Shown piece by piece: positions 37,360 through 46,769 of a stretch of DNA of 64,000 nucleotides; within the stretch, counting starts at the first letter, position 1; each line of letters opens with the position of its first letter. A program made the translations under genes and the position numbers. This DNA is from a virus. Location: IMG/VR virus record IMGVR_UViG_3300025120_000020. One strand, written 5' to 3'. A model generated the notes under the pieces. That model was not told the DNA's origin. It made no database searches and saw only the letters and a program-made list of their open reading frames with translations.

Positions 37360-39024
37360 ATGCCTTCTGCAACGAGAGTTCACTCCCATGAGAGCCAAGT
37401 CTACATTGATAGCACTTTGATTAGAGGCGTTCAATCTTTCAGCTATGAGAATCCCAAAAATGTTCAAGAGCTAAGAAAACTTGGGTCTTACAAACAAGAA
37501 GATTATATTTTAACAGCAGATCAACCCATTGATACATCTATAGATTTTATCGTCAATGATCATATTTTAGGCAGAGCTGGCAACTATTTGAAATTTTTAA
37601 GTTCAGATGAGTCTACATTAAAGTTAAAGGACGCTACTGCTGAAACCACTTTCAGTAAAGCCAACTTAACCAACTTCTCTTTTGATTGCAGTATCGGAGA
37701 TTTTGTTCGTGGGAACTATGGATTCCAGTGTGATTCTTTGTCTGTAAGCTCTTCTGAAGAATTAGAAGATTCTGATTTAGATTCAAGCAAGTTTAATGTC
37801 TTTCGCCCACAAGATATAACTCTAACTACAACTTTGGCCGAAGGAAAAAACTCTACAGACTTTCCTATTCAATCTGTTTCGCTATCTGTAGGAATAGAAA
37901 GAAGAGCTACTATCAGAGTCGGAGAACGAGGAGCAAAAAGAAGATATCCCGTGTTACCAGCCCAAGGATCTTTAGAAATATCTATAATTAAAAATAATGT
38001 TGAGGAAACTTTAAATCTATCAAACCTAGTAACTGAGAAAGGAAACTTTACATTTTTAATAACTGAAACAGTATTGGGGACAGCTTCCACCACACCAAAT
38101 TTAAAATTAGTCGTTCACAATTGTTTTTTAAATTCTGTGAGTCACTCTCATGATTTAGATGGTAATGCAACATTGAATTTTTCTTATTCGTTCCCGATTG
38201 CAAATGATTCCGTAGAGTATCATTTCCCCGACGATGACGCAGAGGCTTACATCACTGCAATTGAGGGGGATGGAGTGAGTGTTTCGGACGCTCAGAAAAC
38301 TGCAATTAAAACATTTTACACAACTGCCAAGAGTGGTGGCTGGTATTCTAGCTTGAAACGTCTATATCTCCCTATCTGGGGAGCCGCTGCGCCAAACGCT
38401 CGATGCCTTGTTAGTTCTACAAGCGGGACGTTTGAGGGTTCGTTTACTTTCGCTGCTGGATACTCTCACCCAGACGCTGCAAGCAACGCCAACCGTTTTA
38501 ATACTGGATACAAACTTCTTGATGACCTCACGACTGAGAACGCTTGTCTCATGGCCCTTGCTTATGATTCTACCTCTCCACATGACAGAGCTATTAACGC
38601 CGCCAACAAAACCATCATCGGTGCTGGCGCAGTCACTGCGAACAGTGTCCGAATTAATACAGTGAGTAGTTCTCTGCTGCCCCAAGCATGTTGGCTGGGC
38701 GTAAACGAGTCTACTCTTCCCACCTTTGGTTCTCACGGAGTTCTGCTATCCAACCGCAAAGACGGAGACACAACCCTCAGTCGCCGCACTGGTTCGGCCT
38801 ACGACGAGGATTCAACGACAGGCACGTTGACTGGAACGTATAACAACACGTTCCCAATCGTCGGATTCGGGTCCGCCGCGTCCTCGACAGGGTCTGCTGC
38901 CCAATCCACAGATTCTAACGCTGGTGCGTTCGGAATTAGTGAGGGGTTAAATGCGACTAACCGCAATGCTTACACGCTCGCTATTAAAACCCTCTGGGAA
39001 GCTTGTTCAGGACTAACTTTATGA
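37360..39024 (+). CDS. Tail-tube paralog fused to a receptor-binding-like C-terminal domain
   Basis: Residues about 1-290 align by eye with 1182-2393 (RPQDITL/RPQDVTI, PIQSVS/PIQSAS, LDGNATLNFS/LDDNETVDLTFS); C-terminus is S/T/G-rich. Confidence 0.65.
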   Translation: MPSATRVHSHESQVYIDSTLIRGVQSFSYENPKNVQELRKLGSYKQEDYILTADQPIDTSIDFIVNDHILGRAGNYLKFLSSDESTLKLKDATAETTFSKANLTNFSFDCSIGDFVRGNYGFQCDSLSVSSSEELEDSDLDSSKFNVFRPQDITLTTTLAEGKNSTDFPIQSVSLSVGIERRATIRVGERGAKRRYPVLPAQGSLEISIIKNNVEETLNLSNLVTEKGNFTFLITETVLGTASTTPNLKLVVHNCFLNSVSHSHDLDGNATLNFSYSFPIANDSVEYHFPDDDAEAYITAIEGDGVSVSDAQKTAIKTFYTTAKSGGWYSSLKRLYLPIWGAAAPNARCLVSSTSGTFEGSFTFAAGYSHPDAASNANRFNTGYKLLDDLTTENACLMALAYDSTSPHDRAINAANKTIIGAGAVTANSVRINTVSSSLLPQACWLGVNESTLPTFGSHGVLLSNRKDGDTTLSRRTGSAYDEDSTTGTLTGTYNNTFPIVGFGSAASSTGSAAQSTDSNAGAFGISEGLNATNRNAYTLAIKTLWEACSGLTL

Positions 39025-39329
39025 TAGGATTTATTACAGATAAACAAACCGCAGCTACCGTCATGGATGGAATTCGCCAAGCTCAAACGAGTCGTGGGCA
39101 ACATTATTATTGGACTACTGGCTCCGCACTGATTTACTCGGGTAATCATGCTGGAAAGACATTTATCCAAGCGAGTGACTTTCTTTTGGATACTCCGCTA
39201 CGCAATGGCCTTACTCCCCGCGATTTTCCTGAGTTTGACGAGTTGGTTGCAATTCTTGGTGGATTGGATGCCAGAGTTGAAATTGACCCTAAAGTTTTAG
39301 ATGACCCAGACCTCGATGACAAAGCTTAA
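39021..39329 (+). CDS. Small acidic protein after a fibre-like gene (chaperone candidate)
   Basis: ATGA overlap; similar size and position to 42287-42649. Confidence 0.45.
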   Translation: MIGFITDKQTAATVMDGIRQAQTSRGQHYYWTTGSALIYSGNHAGKTFIQASDFLLDTPLRNGLTPRDFPEFDELVAILGGLDARVEIDPKVLDDPDLDDKA

Positions 39330-39408
39330 AAGTCTTGCTTTCCGTTCACCACCTCCTTATTTGGCAAAATTCTGTTTAAACTTGGGGCTTTTTTGTGTAT
39401 ATTAAAAT

Positions 39409-39936
39409 ATGCCATTACCAACACCCAACAACGGAGAAAGTAGAAATAAATTTGTTAGTCGCTGTATTTTAGACCTCTCAGACAAAGAAGAATTTCAAGA
39501 TGGTAAGCAAAGAGCTGCTGTTTGTTACTCTCAATTTGAGAAGGCTGAAAGCAAGGCATCTATAGTGATTAGCGATCCATTAAATGAAGAGGATAGTATT
39601 TTATTTTTCTCCAAGGCATCCCCTGATGTAAAAAAACATTACTTCAAGACAAAAGAAGAAGCAATGAAGGATGCTAAGAAGTTAGGTCTTAAAGGCATCC
39701 ACCCTCACAAAACAAAAGACGGTAAGACTTTATATATGGCTGGGCCAGATCATGAAACGTTCATGAAACGTCATGACGAGATCCTAAAAGAAAAAGAAAA
39801 ATCTGACAGTAGCCTGTGGGAAAATATCAAAAAGAAGAAGGATCGAATCAAGAGCGGCTCTGGTGAGAAAATGAGGAAGAAAGGCGAAAAAGGAGCGCCC
39901 ACCCCAGATCAAATCAAAAAAGCTAAAGGAGAATAA
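39409..39936 (+). CDS. Basic late protein (MPLP-type N-terminus)
   Basis: MPLPTP...FVSRC...QRAAVC; C-terminus matches 46411-46578; GTGTAT late motif upstream. Confidence 0.65.
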   Translation: MPLPTPNNGESRNKFVSRCILDLSDKEEFQDGKQRAAVCYSQFEKAESKASIVISDPLNEEDSILFFSKASPDVKKHYFKTKEEAMKDAKKLGLKGIHPHKTKDGKTLYMAGPDHETFMKRHDEILKEKEKSDSSLWENIKKKKDRIKSGSGEKMRKKGEKGAPTPDQIKKAKGE

Positions 39937-39939
39937 GAA

Positions 39940-41307
39940 ATGCCACGATTAACTCAATCAAAAATACATTCAGACTTTTCTACTGCATCAGCAACTTGGA
40001 GTGAATATAGAGCGCAAGTTATTGCTTTTTACGATAACCATCCTCATAGAGAACTAAATGACCACATTACCAGAGAATTTAATAAAAAGATCAGAGACTT
40101 AGGCCAACCTGAATCTCTTTATATTTCTCCTTATAATGCTGGATTACGCTATATTGGAGATGGGATCTTTACTGTTGATCCTTTGTCTTTTAACCCTTAT
40201 TTCTACATAGATGCTGCTTCGTCAATGTTGGGTGTGCTGGAGAGTCCGTCACTTGACCTCAATCCAGCAGTATCATCTACTTTAGATATCATCACGGCTA
40301 CCAGAGCGGGAACCGCAACGTATACTGATGCCAGTGGTAACATTCAAACAGCCTCTCCGAACACAGTTCGTGTGGATCATGTTGGTGGAGTGCCTATGAT
40401 TCTGGTTGAGCCAGCAGCGACGAACTTGGTCACCAACACTGACTTCTCTGACTGGATTCGAGCAAGCTCTACAACGCTTATTGATGGTTCAGGTTACGCT
40501 GGGCAACCGTCAAAAATATTTACCGCTTCGGCTGGCACACACAGAACTTTTCGCACTCCTGCTTTTGCGACCACCGCTGGGACGACTTACACAGGCAGTT
40601 TTTGGATAAGACGAGTATCAGGAACTGGAGACATTCAACTTTATCATCAATACTCCGCTCAAGGTAACCTCACCAACATTACCAGCGACATTAGTGGAGA
40701 GTGGACTAGAGTAGAAAAAACCTTTACAGGCAACGCAAGTAGCGGTGATGTTTGGTTTGGAATTTGGATTAATGTGCAAGGCGACGCTGTAGAGATCGCA
40801 ATGCCTCAAGTCGAAACAGGCACTGTCGCCACATCCTTTATCCCCACATCAGGAAGCGCGGTGACGCGAGCGGCTGATGATCTTGTGATTGATGGTAGTG
40901 ACTTTGCGAACTTCTATAACCAAACAGAAGGAACGGTGTATGTTGAAACGGTAGGTAGAGAAGTAGACTTTAACTACATCTATTCAATAAGTGATGGAAG
41001 TAGTTCAAACCGAATTCTGGCTATACACGCTGCATTTAATCATTTGTATGTTCAAACTTCTGGAGTTCTTCAAGGCGCACCAGATGCTGGAACCTTTACA
41101 GCAGGAACATTGTGTAGATACGCAGCATCGTTTAAAGAAAATGATCTTAGCGTTACAATAGATGGGGGTAATGTAGTGACTGATACAAGCGCGACTCTGC
41201 CCACCGTGAACAAACTAAACATTGGATCTAGGGAAAATGGAAATGAACAACTCAACGGCCACATCAAACGCCTCATCTACTGGCCTCATCACTCAGACAA
41301 TATTTAA
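39940..41307 (+). CDS. Tail fibre/receptor-binding protein (CBM-like plus LamG-like)
   Basis: TRAGTATY, ILVEPAATNL, QVETGTVATSFIPT...VTRAAD, LNGHIKRLIYWP. Confidence 0.75.
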   Translation: MPRLTQSKIHSDFSTASATWSEYRAQVIAFYDNHPHRELNDHITREFNKKIRDLGQPESLYISPYNAGLRYIGDGIFTVDPLSFNPYFYIDAASSMLGVLESPSLDLNPAVSSTLDIITATRAGTATYTDASGNIQTASPNTVRVDHVGGVPMILVEPAATNLVTNTDFSDWIRASSTTLIDGSGYAGQPSKIFTASAGTHRTFRTPAFATTAGTTYTGSFWIRRVSGTGDIQLYHQYSAQGNLTNITSDISGEWTRVEKTFTGNASSGDVWFGIWINVQGDAVEIAMPQVETGTVATSFIPTSGSAVTRAADDLVIDGSDFANFYNQTEGTVYVETVGREVDFNYIYSISDGSSSNRILAIHAAFNHLYVQTSGVLQGAPDAGTFTAGTLCRYAASFKENDLSVTIDGGNVVTDTSATLPTVNKLNIGSRENGNEQLNGHIKRLIYWPHHSDNI

Positions 41308-41310
41308 ACA

Positions 41311-42285
41311 ATGGCACTCAATTTACAAACACTGACCAGCCCAACGACATCTAGTGATGTTATAGCGGATATCGAAAACCCCGCCGATTCATCTGATCTC
41401 GTAGTGACTCTAAAGAATCTTGCTACTGGAAACGGAGCAACGACTAATGCAACCCAAACGGTATCAGCGGCTCAAGGAACAGCGGTTCAGGGTGACACTT
41501 CTTACCTTGTCATGGACTTGGTAGACGATGAGTATGAGTTCACAACGGATTCAGCGGTCAACGGAACCATCGTCGTGGCAACACTTGAGGGAACCTACAG
41601 CGCAAACATCTCCCTTGATGCTTCTACGCAATACGACCTGCAAGCGCGTGGTGTGGCATCTTCAGCGAACGTGGGATTCTTGAAGAACCCTGTGGGTTAT
41701 CTCGTCTCCTCGTCGCCACTTAGTGAAAGTGAGGTCACTCAGATGGAGAACTACTTTGTTGATAAAGGGGCAGCAGCGAGGAGTGCATTTGGGAGTGTTA
41801 CGAACTTCAATTCCGCATGGAAAGACTGCTCCTCAATCACATCATTCCCTGCGATCAACGCGCCATCAGTAACGGACTTCTATCGAGCATGGCGCCAATG
41901 CTCCTCTCTCACATCCTTTCCGCTGATTAATCCCGAATCGGCACTGCGCTTCCGTGAAACATGGTATGGCTGCACATCCCTCACCACGTTCCCTGCTAAC
42001 TTCTTTGATGATTGGTCTCCCTCATCGCTATATACCAAAACGTTCGATAACGCATGGTATAACTGTACATCCCTCACCGCTCAGTCCGTAGAAAACATCC
42101 TTGCCTCCATCGACACCAGCGGAGTCTACGGAACAAACACAGGGGCAAGCGGAGGCACTCAGCTATCAGACATCACAATCGACATCGACTACGATGGGAC
42201 CACGTTGTCATCCGCTACCTCCACGGCAATCACCAGTCTCAAATCTAAAAATTGGGCCATCTCAATTAACTCAGTAATCCAGTAA
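41311..42285 (+). CDS. Virion protein with BspA/DUF285-like leucine-rich repeats
   Basis: Repeated F..AW..CSSLTSFP units. Confidence 0.7.
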   Translation: MALNLQTLTSPTTSSDVIADIENPADSSDLVVTLKNLATGNGATTNATQTVSAAQGTAVQGDTSYLVMDLVDDEYEFTTDSAVNGTIVVATLEGTYSANISLDASTQYDLQARGVASSANVGFLKNPVGYLVSSSPLSESEVTQMENYFVDKGAAARSAFGSVTNFNSAWKDCSSITSFPAINAPSVTDFYRAWRQCSSLTSFPLINPESALRFRETWYGCTSLTTFPANFFDDWSPSSLYTKTFDNAWYNCTSLTAQSVENILASIDTSGVYGTNTGASGGTQLSDITIDIDYDGTTLSSATSTAITSLKSKNWAISINSVIQ

Positions 42286-42286
42286 C

Positions 42287-42649
42287 ATGCCCGAAGAAGA
42301 CTACAGCGACGAACCACTAACCGAACTGGAACAGAATCAGTTGGACACCGGATGGTTATTTTTCCTTGCCTTACCGGAAGCCTACCCCGCCCTCTCTGGC
42401 TACGTTGACGAGAGCAGAGGTTATCCCATCGGCGGTGCTAAAGCCTCCACCCTGCGAGGTCTACCACCAGCCGAGTATCTCCAAGTGGCTAACGACGAAA
42501 GTGGTCGGCTAATGCTACGTCTTGAGACGTGGAGAGTGACCTCTGATGACCTCTCTGCCCTGTCATCATACATCGACGCAGGAGACGTTTCGATTGTAAC
42601 GGAGTTGGAATGGCTGTCTCTGAAACCTGAATCAGAAAACGAGATTTAG
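42287..42649 (+). CDS. Small acidic hypothetical protein
   Basis: Follows the fibre-like gene. Confidence 0.5.
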   Translation: MPEEDYSDEPLTELEQNQLDTGWLFFLALPEAYPALSGYVDESRGYPIGGAKASTLRGLPPAEYLQVANDESGRLMLRLETWRVTSDDLSALSSYIDAGDVSIVTELEWLSLKPESENEI

Positions 42650-42652
42650 GAC

Positions 42653-42907
42653 ATGCCAAAACCACGAAGAAATCCACTGGAAAAAGAGAGGTTCCTTGAG
42701 GGAAACCGCCAGCGCTGGGCGATACTTCTTATTCTTTGCGCTGCTGGAGTCCTTGTTGCAAATGTTTACGAGTCATCTATTGACCCTGAGCCATTTCTTA
42801 CCTTTCTCACCATGATTGGATGCGTGTTCCTGCTTGGGATGTCCGCTGACTCCATCATGAAAATCAAAAACTCTCCACCGCCCCCTCCAGAGGGAGACTC
42901 AAAGTGA
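42653..42907 (+). CDS. Putative holin (2 TM)
   Basis: Two hydrophobic helices, directly upstream of the endolysin. Confidence 0.6.
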   Translation: MPKPRRNPLEKERFLEGNRQRWAILLILCAAGVLVANVYESSIDPEPFLTFLTMIGCVFLLGMSADSIMKIKNSPPPPPEGDSK

Positions 42908-42910
42908 TCA

Positions 42911-43486
42911 ATGAACAAGACCCAGATCAAAGCATTACAAACTCATGTGGGGACGGAAGCTGATGGATTCTGGGGCCCTAATTCGATTGCCGCAACTAAG
43001 AGCCACCTTAGATCCCTGATGCCAAAGGATAACCCTTGGCCATCCTCCTCCCAGTCATCTCTTCGTAGCTTCTACGGCACTCCAAGCACTGAGGCTTTCA
43101 CCAACCCTGACATTGTTCGGGTAGACGCTCCAGAGTGGCTTAGGCTCTACGATACCGACAAGCCTGTAACTGCAATCTCATGTCACAAGAAGGTCTCTAA
43201 GTCACTCCTCCGGGCTCTCAATGCTGCTTACAAGCATCACCCAGATTTCGTTCGGAGATACTTTGGTTGCCACGTTGGCCGAACCATGCGAGGAGGATCA
43301 AGCCCCTCTACCCACGCTTACGGGGCCGCAATCGATCTTTCTGCCTCAACCAACACTAACCGCTCACACTGGCCACTTCGATCCAACATGCCTATCGAGG
43401 TAATGGAGGAGTTTGCAAAGGAAGGCTGGTTGCCCGCTGGGGCCTTCTGGTCTCGCGACGCAATGCATTTTCAAGCTACCAGATAA
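42911..43486 (+). CDS. M15-family peptidase endolysin
   Basis: ADGFWGPNS peptidoglycan-binding-like start; R..RGG...STHAYGAAIDL; DAMHFQ. Confidence 0.85.
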   Translation: MNKTQIKALQTHVGTEADGFWGPNSIAATKSHLRSLMPKDNPWPSSSQSSLRSFYGTPSTEAFTNPDIVRVDAPEWLRLYDTDKPVTAISCHKKVSKSLLRALNAAYKHHPDFVRRYFGCHVGRTMRGGSSPSTHAYGAAIDLSASTNTNRSHWPLRSNMPIEVMEEFAKEGWLPAGAFWSRDAMHFQATR

Positions 43487-43495
43487 AATTAGAAA

Positions 43496-44170
43496 ATGGA
43501 TATTGAAGGTCATACTATGATCGTGGCTCTTGGAGGCGTCGCATCCGCTCTTCTTTCGGTATGGTCTCTTACCAGCAAAGGAAGAGATTCATGGGGTTCA
43601 TGGTGGGAGAGACGCCAAAAGAAGAAGCAAATGCCAGAGTTGATCTGCTGCATAAAAAAAGAGCTGGGGATAATCTTAAAGCGGCAAAAGGTGATTTCTG
43701 AACGCCAGAAAGGATTCGAAAAGGAGCTGACGACCAACGGGGGATCTTCTTTGAAAGATGAGGTTCGCCTTCTGGTTAGCGAGCGCATGATGGAGCTGCA
43801 AGAAGCCCCATACCCAGCGTTCCGAACTAACACAAATGGGGAAAACATTTTCGTCAACCGAGCCTATGAAACGTTGGTCGCTGCTAATGATGACGCATTG
43901 ATTGGGCTCGGTTGGCGTCAATTTTCTGCGAACACGATAGAGTCCGATAGCTACTTCAAGAGGTGGAAAGAAATATCTGCCACGAAATCGCACTTTGCTG
44001 GGACTCTTTCATTCAAAAATACGAGCGGGCAGTATCGAGGTCAGTGGTTTGTCCGAATTGTCCCCCTCGGACCTAATAAGACTCACGACCAAGTTTGGGG
44101 AGGGCGACTGCATCCCGAAGATGATGTTGCAAAAAAAATCTCAGAGGGATATGGTTGGGATCGATCATGA
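43496..44170 (+). CDS. Membrane-anchored coiled-coil plus PAS-like domain protein
   Basis: N-terminal TM, NGGSSLKD, then AFRTNTNGENIFVNRAY...LIGLGW (PAS signature). Confidence 0.65.
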   Translation: MDIEGHTMIVALGGVASALLSVWSLTSKGRDSWGSWWERRQKKKQMPELICCIKKELGIILKRQKVISERQKGFEKELTTNGGSSLKDEVRLLVSERMMELQEAPYPAFRTNTNGENIFVNRAYETLVAANDDALIGLGWRQFSANTIESDSYFKRWKEISATKSHFAGTLSFKNTSGQYRGQWFVRIVPLGPNKTHDQVWGGRLHPEDDVAKKISEGYGWDRS

Positions 44171-46032
44171 GCACAGCGACATCAAATGAACTAAAGATTA
44201 ACATTTCTGACGAGGAGGCTGACGAGCTTCTACGAGCCGCTTGCAAGAATGACGAGGGAGCTTGGTCAGAGTCATTTGGAAAGATTCTCTACAAGAACGG
44301 AGACATCAAGCTGCTTGATCTCAACTACTTGCAGGAGCAGGTCGTAGAGTCCATCATTTGGTGCCGACAAAACGGATACCCCTGTCGGATCATCATCCTC
44401 AAGCCCCGACAAAAAGGCTCATCTACTATCACGACCGCTTGCCTCTACCACATGTTGCAACGCAGGCAGGCAAACGGACTGATTATTGGCGGAGAGTTTA
44501 GCCAGACTGACAACCTCTGGAAGATAACCCGCCGCTATTCTGACTACGACAAGATGCGATGGGGTCAGAAGCCACCACGCATAACCAACGAGCGAGGGCA
44601 CTTCGATAACGGATCTACGCTGGAAAAGGAAACAGCGCAGGACTCAGAAGCTGGGCGATCCGGAACCTTCCACTTCCTTCTTGCAACTGAGATCGGTCGC
44701 TGGAAAGACACCCCGGCCCGTAACAGTGCCGAGATTCTTACCGGTGTTCTGGCTTGTATGCCTGACTTGCCAGACACTGTTGCAGTTTTGGAATCTACTG
44801 CTCAGGGTCCATCCGGGGTGTTTTATGACCGATGGAACGACGCGGACGACTGGGAGCATGTTCGCGCCACCAAGTCTGGAGAGTGGAAGGGTCGATGGAT
44901 TCGCGTGTTCGCCCCGTGGTATGCCTTCCAAGACTCCTGTGACAACCTCAGCCCATACGAGCAAGAAGAGGTCAGGAGGAGCCTCACGCCTACTGAGCGG
45001 GACCTGATGTCCAACTACAGCACCAGAGGTTCGGATGGTCGCTCCTATGAGATTACCGTGGGGCATATCTCATGGAGACGGAAGATTCTGGAGGCCGAGT
45101 GCGACGGAGACGAAACCAAGTTTGACCGAGAGTTCCCAACAACTTCTCAGCATGCCTTCCGGGCGTCGGCTCGCACCCGCTTCGACCGAGATGGGCTCGA
45201 CTGGCAGCGGAGACACGCGACCGCTCAGGAATGCAAGTATGGCTTATTAGAGCTGAGCCAAAGCGGAAAATCAGTTAGCTGGCGCCAAACCTCCGATGAG
45301 GAGTGCATTTTCAACATTTACGAGAAGCCTCGCGAGGGATATTACTATCTAATCAGCGCCGACCTCATGACGGGTCAGAGTCAGGTTGGAGGTAAGGACC
45401 CCGATTGCCATTCTGTTCTGGTTTGGAGAAAAGGCTTCTTTGACCGGGATCGCGGATGGACCCCTCCAGCAATGGTTGCAAGAATTAAGCCCGAATGCCG
45501 ATGGGACATTGATATTCTTTCCGAATGGACATGGCGTCTTGCACATTACTACGGAAAGTGCCTACTGGTCTCTGAAATCAACTGCGACCGTGGGTTTGTC
45601 GAGCTGATTCGATCTAAGGGTGACATTCCACTCTACCAGAGAGAGATTTTCAATCATGTAAATCAGAAGAGGTCGAAAGCATTTGGATGGCACACCAGCT
45701 CATCTACGAGATTGCAGATTGAGGAGACCCTCGCAAGAAATATTCGCTCATATAATGAGGATGGCGGCGGCGTTCATCTTAACTGTCTGAGCATCATTAG
45801 TGAGTGCGAGACGTTTTGCGTAAACAATAAAGGCCGGGCTGAAGCGCTGAGGGGCTCTCATGATGATGATGTTCTCTCGAGCGGCATAGGATTGTGTGTT
45901 ATTGAGCAAGCAACTCGCTACCGGAACCGATACGAGGACATTCCGATCCCCCGCGATCTCCGGAAAGCCGAAAGTAAGTTGCAACGAAAGCACCGGGGGA
46001 CGGGAATCTTGCAACGCAAGGGCTTCTTTTAG
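44167..46032 (+). CDS. terL: Terminase large subunit (#2)
   Basis: LNYLQ, IILKPRQKGSST, GRSGT, LLATE, LESTAQG, FDREFP, ISAD, EIN, HDDDV. Confidence 0.85.
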   Translation: MSTATSNELKINISDEEADELLRAACKNDEGAWSESFGKILYKNGDIKLLDLNYLQEQVVESIIWCRQNGYPCRIIILKPRQKGSSTITTACLYHMLQRRQANGLIIGGEFSQTDNLWKITRRYSDYDKMRWGQKPPRITNERGHFDNGSTLEKETAQDSEAGRSGTFHFLLATEIGRWKDTPARNSAEILTGVLACMPDLPDTVAVLESTAQGPSGVFYDRWNDADDWEHVRATKSGEWKGRWIRVFAPWYAFQDSCDNLSPYEQEEVRRSLTPTERDLMSNYSTRGSDGRSYEITVGHISWRRKILEAECDGDETKFDREFPTTSQHAFRASARTRFDRDGLDWQRRHATAQECKYGLLELSQSGKSVSWRQTSDEECIFNIYEKPREGYYYLISADLMTGQSQVGGKDPDCHSVLVWRKGFFDRDRGWTPPAMVARIKPECRWDIDILSEWTWRLAHYYGKCLLVSEINCDRGFVELIRSKGDIPLYQREIFNHVNQKRSKAFGWHTSSSTRLQIEETLARNIRSYNEDGGGVHLNCLSIISECETFCVNNKGRAEALRGSHDDDVLSSGIGLCVIEQATRYRNRYEDIPIPRDLRKAESKLQRKHRGTGILQRKGFF

Positions 46033-46078
46033 AAACTGTAGGCTTGCAATTGCAACAATTTTAGCTTATTGACCAGTC

Positions 46079-46414
46079 ATGACTTATGGTAAAAGCAAGG
46101 CTCTTGCGGAAAAAACAACAGGAAGCTCAAAGGCGGCAAGCCGGATAGCGAGCAAATCCGCGCCTTCACAGCGCCCAACAGCAGATCCGGGGATGAAGAA
46201 GATGGAGAAGTCTGCCGGGGCTCCCGAGCTTACCATTAAGACCCGGAAGTATGTCAAGAAAGGGATGATTAGTGGCAAGCCTGCTTCTGAATACAATAAG
46301 AGCAGCAAAGAACAAAAAGGGGCTGCGGACAAGAGATCCTCAGACAAAATGTCTGGAAAGTCAGTCCCCGTAAAAAAAGCCACAAAAAAGCCTTACAACT
46401 TTAACGCAAGATGA
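46079..46414 (+). CDS. Small Lys-rich protein with AASRI motif
   Basis: SKAASRIASK; very basic. Confidence 0.6.
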   Translation: MTYGKSKALAEKTTGSSKAASRIASKSAPSQRPTADPGMKKMEKSAGAPELTIKTRKYVKKGMISGKPASEYNKSSKEQKGAADKRSSDKMSGKSVPVKKATKKPYNFNAR

Positions 46415-46578
46415 AAAAAGGACTATACGCAAATATTCATGCAAAGCGGAAGCGAATCAAAGCCGGTTCCGGGGAAAAAATGAGAAAACCCGGCAGTAAA
46501 GGCTCTCCCTCGGACAAAGAATTTAAGGACTCTGCCAAGACGGCGAGAAAAATTCCTGTCAAAAAGGCCATGTATTAG
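46411..46578 (+). CDS. Small basic protein (GLYANIHAKRKRI type)
   Basis: Read manually; homologous to the C-terminus of 39409-39936. Confidence 0.7.
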   Translation: MKKGLYANIHAKRKRIKAGSGEKMRKPGSKGSPSDKEFKDSAKTARKIPVKKAMY

Positions 46579-46587
46579 CCCACCCTT

Positions 46588-46764
46588 ATGCAAGAAGGAT
46601 ACAAAAGAGCGGCAAGCCGCATTAGCAAGAAGAAGGGATCGGGCGATTTCAAGCCTCATTGGATGTATGATCCAAAAACGGGAGCAAGAGAAAGGGCCAA
46701 AAAGCCTGAGGACCATGAGAGATTGAGCGCCTTAGGGTGGGGTCACAAGCCTCCAAAAAAGTAA
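46588..46764 (+). CDS. Small basic protein with KRAASRI motif
   Basis: Read manually as MQEGYKRAASRISKKKGSGDFKPHWMYDP. Confidence 0.6.
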   Translation: MQEGYKRAASRISKKKGSGDFKPHWMYDPKTGARERAKKPEDHERLSALGWGHKPPKK

Positions 46765-46769
46765 TTGAA

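Noticed and set aside
39940-42285. Diversity-generating retroelement or invertase shufflon at the fibre genes
   Set aside because: No reverse transcriptase, invertase or template/variable repeat pair detected by eye.
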